From: Candidatus Hermodarchaeota archaeon
Lineage (GTDB): Archaea > Asgardarchaeota > Heimdallarchaeia > Hodarchaeales > Hodarchaeaceae
Assembly: GCA_048886185.1 (NCBI GenBank)
Contig: JBHLKY010000007.1
Location: 195,383 to 227,382, forward strand
Reading direction: 5' to 3'
DNA: 32,000 bases
Positions 1 through 9,055 of this stretch are shown piece by piece (the first letter of the stretch is position 1; the number at the start of each line of letters is the position of its first letter). A program made the translations under genes and the position numbers. The notes beneath the pieces were generated by a model. It was not told the origin of the DNA, did not search any database, and saw only the letters and a list, made by a program, of their open reading frames with translations.

Positions 1-402
1 CTTTTACCATTATATGTTAATAGAATGGAGTATATAGTTCATGGTAACGAAGTGATTGTTAAAAAAGGATTAATCAATAAAACAGTCAAGTATTGTCCTT
101 ATCGAACGGTTACTAATATCTCAACAACTGCTGGACCTTTCGATCGTCTTTTTGGTATAGGGTGTGTTAATATTCAAACTGCAGGTAAGGGTGGGGCAAC
201 TGGTCCTGAAGAAAAGTTGGAAGGCTTACCACTATATCATGAAATTCGTGATTATATTCTAAGACAGCTTCGAATCTATTATACAGCTATCTCGGGAGAA
301 TTAATACCTACCGCCAAAGAAACAGATTTATTAACAATACAACGAGAGATAATCAACGAATTGAGAGAGATAAAACAATTATTGAAAAATGAAAAGAATT
401 AG
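1..402 (+). CDS. bPH_2 (YdbS/DUF304-like) bacterial PH-domain membrane protein, paralog 1, 5'-truncated by the window edge
   Basis: Frame is open from base 1 (LLPLYVNRMEY...), so the ATG at 25 is probably internal. PH core Y..T..EVIVKKGLINK...PYRTVTNIS...GPFDRLFGIG.V.I.TAG matches paralogs 2 and 3. C-terminal amphipathic ELREIKQLL helix. Confidence 0.85.
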   Translation, partial: LLPLYVNRMEYIVHGNEVIVKKGLINKTVKYCPYRTVTNISTTAGPFDRLFGIGCVNIQTAGKGGATGPEEKLEGLPLYHEIRDYILRQLRIYYTAISGELIPTAKETDLLTIQREIINELREIKQLLKNEKN

Positions 403-410
403 GTGGTTAA

Positions 411-1088
411 ATGGTGAAAGAAAATACAATTCAAAATGGAAAACCATTCTATCCTGTTTCTGCATTCAGGAACAAATTATTCTTGTATATTATAACAACA
501 TTCGTTGCTATAACAGGCGTAATTATAACTTTTGGAGGAATAATTACATTTTTTGTGAGTCTAGATAATGATTCATCTGAGGATAACTTTGGAAAATGGC
601 TAGTAGAATACAGTCAAGATCTCATATTATTGTATTTAATCATCAGTATGATGTTGATGCTTCTTACTGCTATCTTAGTGGTATATTACGTACGAAATAT
701 AGAATATATTATTGATGACACTGAAGTTATAGTCAAAAAAGGAATCATCAATAAAACTATAACACATGTCCCGTTCAGAACGATTACCAATGTTAGCTCT
801 CGCTACGGACTCTATGATCGAGTTTTTGGAATAGGTACCTGTGAAATAGAAACCGCAGGAAAGTCAGGACAACAAACTGGTCCTGAAGAGAAAATTGAAG
901 GGATAGTTAATTTTAAGGAAGTAAGGGACGTAATTCTGAAGGAACTTCGTAGGTTTCGGGGACAATATGCAACTACGACTGAATTTGAACATCCAGATTA
1001 CCCAGAGGAGTCAATCGGAGATATTGTCCTTCAGAAGGAGATTCTCGACGAACTACGTCATATAAAAGAGATTCTCTCTAAAAGATAA
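411..1088 (+). CDS. bPH_2 (YdbS-like) membrane protein, paralog 2
   Basis: Two N-terminal TM helices, then PH core VIVKKGIINKT..HVPFRTITNVSSRYGLYDRVFGIGTCEIETAG. AGGTGG RBS-like motif about 400-405. C-terminal ELRHIKEIL helix. Confidence 0.9.
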   Translation: MVKENTIQNGKPFYPVSAFRNKLFLYIITTFVAITGVIITFGGIITFFVSLDNDSSEDNFGKWLVEYSQDLILLYLIISMMLMLLTAILVVYYVRNIEYIIDDTEVIVKKGIINKTITHVPFRTITNVSSRYGLYDRVFGIGTCEIETAGKSGQQTGPEEKIEGIVNFKEVRDVILKELRRFRGQYATTTEFEHPDYPEESIGDIVLQKEILDELRHIKEILSKR

Positions 1089-1099
1089 TTGATTGTTAG

Positions 1100-1777
1100 G
1101 TGATGAAAAATATGTATTCTGAAGAAATTGTAAAAGGAAAACCTTTTTATCCGCTTTCTGCTTTACGAAACAAGTTTATTCTTTATATATTGACCGCTTT
1201 CGTAATAATCACAGCAGTTATTGTGGGATTTGCTTTATTCATAGGATTTATGGGTGGATTTGACAGTGATCCCTCTGGGGATGATTTTGGACGTTGGATT
1301 TCAGCTTCTTGGCCAACAATTTTACTAGTTTATCTTCTTATATGGTTTATATTGATTCCAATTCTTATTGTCTTGGTAGATTATTACGTAAGAACAATGG
1401 AATTTACGATTCTTGACAATGAGGTTATCGTAAAGAAAGGAGTGATCAATAAAGAGGTAAAACACATCCCATTCCGCACTATTACAAATGTTAGCTCTCG
1501 CTACGGGCTCTATGATCGAATCTTCGGTATTGGTACCTGTGAAATAGAAACTGCTGGGAAATCAGGACAACAAATGGGTCCTGAAGCCAAGATTGAAGGA
1601 ATAAATAATTTTGTGGAAATCAGGGATCTCATTTTAAAAATACTTCGCCAATTTCGTGGTCAATATGCTACAACAACAGAACTAGAACCATCTTCTACAT
1701 TACCACCCTTACAAAAAGGATTTCATGGAGAAATGCTAGCTGAATTGCGGGAAATAAAGAGGATCCTTACTGATTAG
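1100..1777 (+). CDS. bPH_2 (YdbS-like) membrane protein, paralog 3
   Basis: Same architecture and length (225 aa) as 411..1088. 43/47 identical residues across the PH core (hand-aligned). AGGTG RBS-like motif at the start. Confidence 0.9.
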   Translation: MMKNMYSEEIVKGKPFYPLSALRNKFILYILTAFVIITAVIVGFALFIGFMGGFDSDPSGDDFGRWISASWPTILLVYLLIWFILIPILIVLVDYYVRTMEFTILDNEVIVKKGVINKEVKHIPFRTITNVSSRYGLYDRIFGIGTCEIETAGKSGQQMGPEAKIEGINNFVEIRDLILKILRQFRGQYATTTELEPSSTLPPLQKGFHGEMLAELREIKRILTD

Positions 1778-1945
1778 TTGGACTCTCCACTACATTCCGC
1801 ATTAATTCTCTTTAAAAATTAAAGATTTAAAACCTGAATAGAAAACCAAGAGTACTCAAATTCACCTTTATGATATTGTTATATGGTAGATTAACGAAAA
1901 AGGTTGATTCTCTCAAATAATGATAGTATAATTGGAGTGTAACAT

Positions 1946-2758
1946 TTGAACATCATTGAAATTGAAAATTTAACTAAAAAATTTAAAAATACCATAGCAC
2001 TTGATAATGTCTCTTTGACAATACAAAAAGGAGAGGTTTTTGGATTATTAGGGCCAAATGGAGCTGGTAAGACAACACTAATTCGGTTATTAATTGGTCT
2101 GATAAAACCAACCTCTGGTAATGCCCGTATTAAATACAATGGATTAGGGCCCTTTGACATTAGGAAAGACATAATGGATATCAGGAAAAAAGCAAGCTTA
2201 CTACCTCAGGAGGCTGAAGTATATGAAAATTTGACTGCAAAAGAGAATATTATGTATTACGGTCAAATTTACGGCAATGTACCTAATGGAGAAGTCCGAA
2301 GACGTACTGAAGAATTAATTGACATGATTGGTCTTCGGGGTCGAGAGAACGATGTCACAAAGGAATTTTCTGGAGGGATGAAAAGAAAAGTTCTGGTAGC
2401 TCGCGCTTTAGTGATGGATCCAGTTTTAATTTTTCTAGATGAACCTACTACTGGTATTGATATATTGGGGGCTCGTACGGTACGCAACCTAATTAAAAGA
2501 CTGGCTAAAGAACTGCACAAGACAGTTATCTTAACAACACATGATTTAACGGAAGTAGAAGAGCTCTGTGATCGTGTGGGTATTTTAGTTAAGGGAAGAC
2601 TTGCTGCAATAGGAACACCTGATGAACTTGAGGAACAATTTACAAAAGCTCACTTAGAGGATGTATTTATCGGATTAACAACAGGAGAAGGTGTTTTAGA
2701 GGAAGCTTTGGATGAGCCAAAAAGGGGCTTCTTTTCTAGTATTTTAAGGAGAAAGTGA
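1946..2758 (+). CDS. ABC-2 exporter ATP-binding subunit (DrrA/NatA-like)
   Basis: Walker A GPNGAGKTT, signature FSGGM, Walker B FLDEPT, H-loop TTH. TTG start preceded by GGAGTG. Confidence 0.95.
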   Translation: MNIIEIENLTKKFKNTIALDNVSLTIQKGEVFGLLGPNGAGKTTLIRLLIGLIKPTSGNARIKYNGLGPFDIRKDIMDIRKKASLLPQEAEVYENLTAKENIMYYGQIYGNVPNGEVRRRTEELIDMIGLRGRENDVTKEFSGGMKRKVLVARALVMDPVLIFLDEPTTGIDILGARTVRNLIKRLAKELHKTVILTTHDLTEVEELCDRVGILVKGRLAAIGTPDELEEQFTKAHLEDVFIGLTTGEGVLEEALDEPKRGFFSSILRRK

Positions 2759-4098
2759 AAAATATGAGTACAGTCAAGCAAATAATGGCTTTAGTTAAAC
2801 AGGAGTTACAAAGTGCACGACGTACACGATATGTGATCTTTACGTTTGTCTTAATGCCACTTTTTATGTGGGGTATGCAGGGTGGAGTACAGATGCTCCT
2901 AGGTTTTGTAATGGGCTCCTCCCAAGAAGGAGTGACTATTTATTTTGTCAATTATGATGAAGGAAATGCAACTTTTGATCTCAATCTTGGAGATCAATTT
3001 CTTGATAGACTTCTGAATTCTACCCAAACTAATACTTCTATTTTGTACAAGGCTAAAATCAATCATACAAAGTATGCTAATATGGACTATAATGATTTAT
3101 ACCAGAAAATCCACAGTTCTGAAACAGCTAGTGATTATACTCCATGTATTATAATTCCTAAAAACTTCACACAGGTATATTTGGACTTTAATATTACAGA
3201 GGGTGATATTCCTCCTGTTGTAGAGTTATACTCTCTTCCAGGTGGAATCCTTGGATCTTCTATGCTTGAAGCTGGTGTATATTCAATAGTTTCTCAATTT
3301 AATATTGTTGAATATCATAAACTTGTAGGTTTTGCCCCTTCGCCTGTTCTTTTCGCAAAAGAAGAGGGGGCTGCTTCTATTTATGGTATTGGATTTGTTG
3401 GAATGATATCAATTATGGTAGCTGTTATTGCGCCAGCTCCATTCGTGTCGACATCTTTTGCTGGAGAAAGAGAAAAGAAGACAATGGAATCACTTCTTGC
3501 TTTGCCTATTTCTCGTTTTAATATACTTTTCTCAAAGCTTCTTGCTGGAATGGCCCTTATTGCAGTTTTTTCATTAATGAATATTCTTGGATTGTTTTTA
3601 TTTTCAGCAATGATTGATGTTGCTTCGGGTTCTATTGGTTCAGAGGAATATTCCTCCATCTTTGCAGTCGAACCATCACCAATTCTGTTGGTTCTAGTCG
3701 TTTCTATGATGTTTCTTTCGGCGTTTGTTGCCATCGGGATAGGTATATCCTTGGCAAGTTTAACTAAGGATGTACGTTCCGCGGAATCTATGTACAACAT
3801 GTTCATGATGCTTCCTGCTATAGGGGTCGGTATGATTGCTATGTTTGGGGGAATCCCAGAACGAACTTTTGGTGGTGCTGGGATCTTTCTATACATCATT
3901 CCTTGGGCTCACTCAATTGCTATTTTGTCTAAGGGATTATATCCTCAAACTTATGCATCTAGTGCCTTAACACGTAATTTACCCGGAGGTGGAATTCCTA
4001 TGGATCTAGTTATCCACTTTGGATTCTTGGTCATAGTGATTCTAGTCTGCTTATTCATTGCGTCTAAAGTATTTGAGCGTGAGGGGATTCTAACTTAA
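2755..4098 (+). CDS. ABC-2 exporter permease with large extracytoplasmic domain (NatB-like)
   Basis: One N-terminal TM, soluble loop, then a multi-TM block with FAGEREKKTMESLLALPISR..ILFSKLLA (ABC-2 motif). 4-bp overlap with the ATPase. Confidence 0.92.
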   Translation: MKNMSTVKQIMALVKQELQSARRTRYVIFTFVLMPLFMWGMQGGVQMLLGFVMGSSQEGVTIYFVNYDEGNATFDLNLGDQFLDRLLNSTQTNTSILYKAKINHTKYANMDYNDLYQKIHSSETASDYTPCIIIPKNFTQVYLDFNITEGDIPPVVELYSLPGGILGSSMLEAGVYSIVSQFNIVEYHKLVGFAPSPVLFAKEEGAASIYGIGFVGMISIMVAVIAPAPFVSTSFAGEREKKTMESLLALPISRFNILFSKLLAGMALIAVFSLMNILGLFLFSAMIDVASGSIGSEEYSSIFAVEPSPILLVLVVSMMFLSAFVAIGIGISLASLTKDVRSAESMYNMFMMLPAIGVGMIAMFGGIPERTFGGAGIFLYIIPWAHSIAILSKGLYPQTYASSALTRNLPGGGIPMDLVIHFGFLVIVILVCLFIASKVFEREGILT

Positions 4099-4120
4099 TT
4101 CTCTTCCCCCTCTTTTTTTA
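4099..4120 (+). terminator. pyrimidine/T-tract terminator-like signal between convergent genes
   Basis: TTCTCTTCCCCCTCTTTTTTT directly after the permease stop. T7 run at 4113-4119, typical of archaeal T-rich terminators. Confidence 0.4.
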
Positions 4121-4133
4121 TATAGAAGAAAAC

Positions 4134-4901
4134 TTATTTTTTCTTCAAATAATTGTAAACAGCATCGAAAGCGTCGATCCATGCTGAAATTCCTTTTTGT
4201 CTAAGTAAAACGGTTAAACCATACTCAGTTATGCCTCCTGGAGTAGCTAGGGTGTCAAGTATTACATCTAGATCTTTGTTTGGTTCATTTAATGCCATGT
4301 TCACAGTACCTCGTACTGTTTCAAGTACTAAGTTTCTGGCTATAGATTGAGGTACACCTTTGAGAGCTACCCAAGAAATTGTTTCATTCAATAAAACAAA
4401 CATCCAAGCATAAAATGCTCCAATCACGCTTGCATGAGTAAATTCTGATTCATTTTGGAGTATATGAACTGTACCTAAAAGACTAAATATCTCTCGAGCA
4501 TATACATTGTCTGGAAAAAGTAATGTTGGACTCTGATTGATCGCAGCACAAGATATAGGTAATGCTCGAATAACTTTAGCTGGTATTGTTACGGATTCTA
4601 ACTTCTTAAGTGATAATCCGATTGCTACAGAGATTACTGTTTGATTAGTTCGAAATTTGAGGTTCTTTGCAACTTTTATGGTATCATCAGGACGAGTAGT
4701 TAAAATAACTATATCAGAACTATTAACAACTGATTCATTATTCTTTGCTACTTTTACTCCGAATTGGGTCGCTAATTTTGAGGAAATTTCTCGATTCCGA
4801 GGTGAGAGAATAATTTTGATGTCTTTTGATGCTTTCTTCAGACCTTCTACTAAATAGCTAGCTAGATGTCCTACCCCAATGATCCCAACCTTTTCAATCA
4901 T
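4134..4901 (-). CDS. divergent pyrroline-5-carboxylate reductase (ProC)-family NAD(P)-dependent oxidoreductase
   Basis: Rossmann VGIIGVGHLA and C-terminal LATPGGIT (ProC xSPGGTT). The usual RxMPNTP is replaced by RALPISC and SGSGPAY by IGAFYAW. ATGA overlap with the upstream mutase. Confidence 0.85.
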   Translation of the reverse strand: MIEKVGIIGVGHLASYLVEGLKKASKDIKIILSPRNREISSKLATQFGVKVAKNNESVVNSSDIVILTTRPDDTIKVAKNLKFRTNQTVISVAIGLSLKKLESVTIPAKVIRALPISCAAINQSPTLLFPDNVYAREIFSLLGTVHILQNESEFTHASVIGAFYAWMFVLLNETISWVALKGVPQSIARNLVLETVRGTVNMALNEPNKDLDVILDTLATPGGITEYGLTVLLRQKGISAWIDAFDAVYNYLKKK

Positions 4902-6667
4902 TTGTTAACTTCCTGAGCACATTCAATTAATATTTTTAACATATCCTCTATATGATGACAAACATGTACTCCTAAATCCTTCAATTGCTGTGTAACATCA
5001 ATTGGAATGCTTGTTTTATCATCATCAATAATTTGGTTTAGCTTCCCTCCTATAAAAATTGGGATATCTAATTCAATCAACGCCATCTCCTTGCATAGTG
5101 CCTGTGAATAGTCAAGGGCAATTCCGTTGTATGTACTGACGGCAATGAAGTCTGAATCAGCTTCTTTGGCTCGCTTGGCAAGAATATTGGGATCAACACT
5201 GACCCCAACGTCAATTATAGGAATTTTTAATCGTTTTAGGACTTCTACAAGAAGAATTTTTCCATATTCATGAACATCAGTACAAGCGACACAGATCTTA
5301 AATTGTGCCTCGTTTAATATAGCTTTGTCAGATGGATTTATGAGAGCGAGTAATTTTTTACTCTTCTCCTCCAATTCAGCTATTGTAGAAACTTTTACAA
5401 CGGGTTTTCGGTAACGCAACATGTGTTCATGGGGCTCTCCAGGACCAAACAATTCTTCTAACCGTTTGGCTCCAATTCGACGGATGGACAGAAGTAATTC
5501 GAAAGGGTCATTAATATCAATACCAGCTTTGCTCAATCCATCTAAAACTCGTTTTTTAAATTCTTTACCTGCCTTAACTAGTTGGTTTGTTATCCTATCC
5601 ACCCTTTTCATATCAAATAAGTCTTGAAATCCATCCGATCGGTGTATTAATCGGTTTGCAAAAAGATGTGCGTCGATAATTTCTTTAATTTCAGGGATCC
5701 TTTTTGCTTCTGTCACAGGAATAGGATTAATTCCATGGCCAGTTGGGAGTTTAAGTTGAGCAATGATATCGACTAATAAATAACTTGCAAGATTAGCATA
5801 ATTTTCAACTTCATTTTCAACAAAGATGGTTGTATTGCCATATATCATGCTTCCAGGTGTTTTTGTAACCTTATAAAGTGCCCTTTGGAACGCTAGCCGC
5901 TTTTTAGGATCTGAAAATGTGTGACCATAACAATGAGAAACCTGACCTCCAATAAGGTCCTCAATGATATGCCGTTCAATTAATACTGCCCCAATACTAC
6001 AAGCCATATCACAAAAGAGAGCAGCAAATCCATCATCCAGATTTGAATGAATCATAACTTCAACTGGTTGAGCTGCACATAGAGCTAAAGCCTTAATTGT
6101 CTCTACTGTTGTACTCACGTCATCATCCCACTTTGGCATACGAAAGGTGAAATATTGGCCAATATTCCCAATACTAGTTGATCCTGCTTTCAGAGCAGCA
6201 ATTGTATTCTCAACTGCTGCTGGTGTTCCAATAACAAAGTCTCCAAAATGAGGTGCAACTGGTGCAGAGTGAGTTAAATCAATGAAGCTTTCAGGTTTGC
6301 TTAGAATTAATCCTGTTCCTCGAGGCATGTTTTCTCGGAGATTTAATGGGTACCCCATACTCCAATCCAAACAAATTCCATAACGATCTATTCTATAACC
6401 AGCAGTAGAAATATGATTATAGATTTTCGTGTACGCTAATTTAGTCTTTGTAGGACTACGATATCCTATCTGTCCGTGAAGCATGATTGACCTTTCAGAT
6501 GTTTGCTGGCGCTTATAATCACTCTCTGATTGAACATCATATTTAGTTAAGAAAGGGCAAGAACCAACTGTTACTGACTGACTTAGTTGTTCTGCTTCCC
6601 CTAAAATATCATTTATATCAGGTAGCTCCTTTTCTGGAAGGATTTGAGTTCGTTCAAGATTTCTCAT
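4898..6667 (-). CDS. adenosylcobalamin-dependent mutase, 2-methyleneglutarate mutase (Mgm)-like, with fused TIM barrel and B12-binding domain
   Basis: C-terminal base-off B12 motif DVHEYG ... IAVSTYNG ... IFIGGKLN. Barrel segments NTIAALKAG, HSNLDDGF, PVTEAKRIP and AGIDINDPFELL align with my recollection of Eubacterium barkeri Mgm. Length 589 aa fits a single-chain mutase. Confidence 0.8.
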   Translation of the reverse strand: MRNLERTQILPEKELPDINDILGEAEQLSQSVTVGSCPFLTKYDVQSESDYKRQQTSERSIMLHGQIGYRSPTKTKLAYTKIYNHISTAGYRIDRYGICLDWSMGYPLNLRENMPRGTGLILSKPESFIDLTHSAPVAPHFGDFVIGTPAAVENTIAALKAGSTSIGNIGQYFTFRMPKWDDDVSTTVETIKALALCAAQPVEVMIHSNLDDGFAALFCDMACSIGAVLIERHIIEDLIGGQVSHCYGHTFSDPKKRLAFQRALYKVTKTPGSMIYGNTTIFVENEVENYANLASYLLVDIIAQLKLPTGHGINPIPVTEAKRIPEIKEIIDAHLFANRLIHRSDGFQDLFDMKRVDRITNQLVKAGKEFKKRVLDGLSKAGIDINDPFELLLSIRRIGAKRLEELFGPGEPHEHMLRYRKPVVKVSTIAELEEKSKKLLALINPSDKAILNEAQFKICVACTDVHEYGKILLVEVLKRLKIPIIDVGVSVDPNILAKRAKEADSDFIAVSTYNGIALDYSQALCKEMALIELDIPIFIGGKLNQIIDDDKTSIPIDVTQQLKDLGVHVCHHIEDMLKILIECAQEVNK

Positions 6668-6929
6668 ATTGTATTACCTTTATCACGATAGTTCGATTTT
6701 GAATTTTAGTGTTGTAGTAGTTTATTATCTTTTTATATTGAGGAATTTGATATATTAGAATAAGAGATAATTCTTATCATTTTTAACTTTCAAAACATTC
6801 TCTTGAAATTGACTTTTATTCTACAGGTTATGTTTGGTACAGATTGTAATCCTTCTGAGCTGTTCATGAACAACCATATCTCCCTTTATTAAGCTCATTA
6901 CTAATATCGCAAAGTAGAGTTTAATTACT

Positions 6930-8375
6930 TTGATCTATGAAAAGAAAATGAAATCACTACTTATTCTCCTGGTGAAAATCTTATTGAGAAAACTCCAATA
7001 TAAATCCATTATGTTCTTTGTTACATTTTTTGCTTTTTTATTATTTAATGTCCATTTAGGGAATTTAAAGACATCTTCACAAGCTGTTATTTCAGAGGCT
7101 TCCTCTGAACTTTACTTAATTCAATGGAACACAATCCTTATCATGAGAGATCTGCAAACTCCTCGTTCTCTTATCCAAACAAATGATGGAAATTATTTAG
7201 TTATTGGAAACAGGTACCCCACTCCGTCTGAATCATGTTGTCCTCTTCCTCAAAGTGATATATTCCTTATGAAAATAGCATCAAATGGGATGATAAAAGA
7301 AATCAACATCTATGGAGATGATAATATTGCTATTGATTCAGGTAACATCGTCATCGAAACAGAAAATGGATGGGTTATCGCTGGGCATACAAATGCACCT
7401 CCAGCAGTTGGAATGGATTTTATGCTTTTGAAAATTGATCTTGAAGGTAAACAAATGTGGAAACGTACTTATAACAGAAGTACGGAAGGTGAGATTCGTT
7501 CATTTATACGAACTGCGGATCAAGGTTTTGCTTTGTTGGGTTTATCCTCACCTAGGACTCCAATCCCTACTGATGAAACCATGTGGCTGCTTAAGACCGA
7601 TAATGATGGTGTAGTTCAATGGAATCGAACTTATGGTCAGAATTTTACTGAGTATACTAGTATGATTCAATCTGAGGATGGTGGATTTGTTTTTACAAGC
7701 TATGATGGATATCTAATGAAAACAGATATGAGTGGAGAGATTCAATGGCAGAAAGAGATTGGGGGAACCTTATTCTCTTTAACCAGTGTTGAAGATGGAG
7801 GTTTTGTCCTATTTGGTTCTAAATTTAATCATCCTTGGCTTATAAAAACAGATTCTTTAGGAATTATGGAATGGAATAAAACTCTCCCATTTAGTATTGA
7901 AGGTGAGTATGTATTTAGTAAAAATAGAACTAAAATATTGAATATTATTTCTTCTTCTGACAGTGGTTTTATATTAACAGGTACCAGTGTTCCTGTTCCT
8001 GATGGAGGGATTATAAATAATTCAAATGTATGGATAGCAAAAACTGATAGCAATGGAATCATAGAATGGAGTCATGTATTTGAAATAGAGTCTTTTGCTA
8101 GTATCCAAGCTGTGATTCAGAATAATGAAGGCGATATCGTATTGACAGGTGAAAATAAGCGCTATCCTTGGATTATAAAGATTGACCTTCCCCCATTTGC
8201 GCCTATTAATCCTTCTGAAACAGTTAATATTGCACCAACGATCTCTCTAGATATTGATCATCCAACAACCACTAGTACAAATCTGAAATCTGCAACAATC
8301 TCATTCCCAGAGATCTATCTTATTCTTTTAGTTGTTAGTATCATTGGGTTTTGGAAAAAGAACCACAAGGTTTAA
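6930..8375 (+). CDS. cell-surface beta-propeller-like repeat protein with Thr-rich linker and C-terminal membrane anchor
   Basis: About 7 repeats of type (W/F)LLKTDxxGxxQWxRT(Y/F)G. N-terminal hydrophobic signal-like stretch, PTTTST linker, C-terminal TM plus WKKNHK tail. The true start may be ATG 6947 or later. Confidence 0.8.
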   Translation: MIYEKKMKSLLILLVKILLRKLQYKSIMFFVTFFAFLLFNVHLGNLKTSSQAVISEASSELYLIQWNTILIMRDLQTPRSLIQTNDGNYLVIGNRYPTPSESCCPLPQSDIFLMKIASNGMIKEINIYGDDNIAIDSGNIVIETENGWVIAGHTNAPPAVGMDFMLLKIDLEGKQMWKRTYNRSTEGEIRSFIRTADQGFALLGLSSPRTPIPTDETMWLLKTDNDGVVQWNRTYGQNFTEYTSMIQSEDGGFVFTSYDGYLMKTDMSGEIQWQKEIGGTLFSLTSVEDGGFVLFGSKFNHPWLIKTDSLGIMEWNKTLPFSIEGEYVFSKNRTKILNIISSSDSGFILTGTSVPVPDGGIINNSNVWIAKTDSNGIIEWSHVFEIESFASIQAVIQNNEGDIVLTGENKRYPWIIKIDLPPFAPINPSETVNIAPTISLDIDHPTTTSTNLKSATISFPEIYLILLVVSIIGFWKKNHKV

Positions 8376-8548
8376 TATCTTCTTAGAAATAATTATTTTC
8401 ATTAATGGCTCAAATTTTCAGAAGATCTTTCTAAATGATCAATTTGGCAACATAGATTTTCCTAAACGGCTTTATTATTTGTGTTAATTCTAAAGACTTT
8501 TATTAATAAAGTAATGATAAAAAAATTGTTCAATGGTCGAATCTGAGG

Positions 8549-8716
8549 TTATGCATAATTCTCTATTCTTTTTCTAACTTCCCGTAATTTTTCAAAACTA
8601 TAACTGGTAATATTATGTTTTAGGTTGTCGTGTGATTGAATTTTTTTTATTGCTTCGTCCATTGAAGGGGCGATTATATTTCTTCCACACATATTACAGT
8701 GGTATATTTTTGCCAT
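8549..8716 (-). CDS. 55-aa C2H2 zinc-binding small protein, DUF1059-like (absent from the ORF track)
   Basis: Hand translation MAKIYHCNMCGRNIIAPSMDEAIKKIQSHDNLKHNITSYSFEKLREVRKRIENYA*. C-x2-C-x18-H-x4-H spacing, intact ATG to TAA in a very AT-rich gap. Confidence 0.75.
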   Translation of the reverse strand: MAKIYHCNMCGRNIIAPSMDEAIKKIQSHDNLKHNITSYSFEKLREVRKRIENYA

Positions 8717-9055
8717 TCTTTAATCTCATCTTCTGGAGAGTGATATCTCCAAATTAATAGGTATTAATTCATGTATAAAAATCTTTCCATTAATGAAATT
8801 GGGTGAATAACAGATTCCCATTATTATAAGAAATTTTTATACTGTAAATTAAATTATATATTAAATTATAGCTTTTAGATAAAAAATAGGGAAATTTATC
8901 AGTTTATAACAGTTATTTCATTTTTGGATTGAATTTCCTATTTCCTCATTTATTTTCAACCTCCTTAATATGTCTTTAATCAACCCCTTATGTTTGTAAA
9001 GAGAATTAATAGAATTAAAGTTAGTTGATATCATTTAATCCAACAAAAAATCATC

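Noticed and set aside
4134-4901. Calling the reductase a canonical proC
   Set aside because: The MPNTP and SGSGPAY motifs are altered and the context is a B12 mutase operon rather than proline biosynthesis, so no gene symbol was assigned.
6668-6929. Cobalamin riboswitch upstream of the B12 mutase
   Set aside because: The region is AT-rich with no recognisable B12-box or conserved GGGAA/GCCACUG elements.
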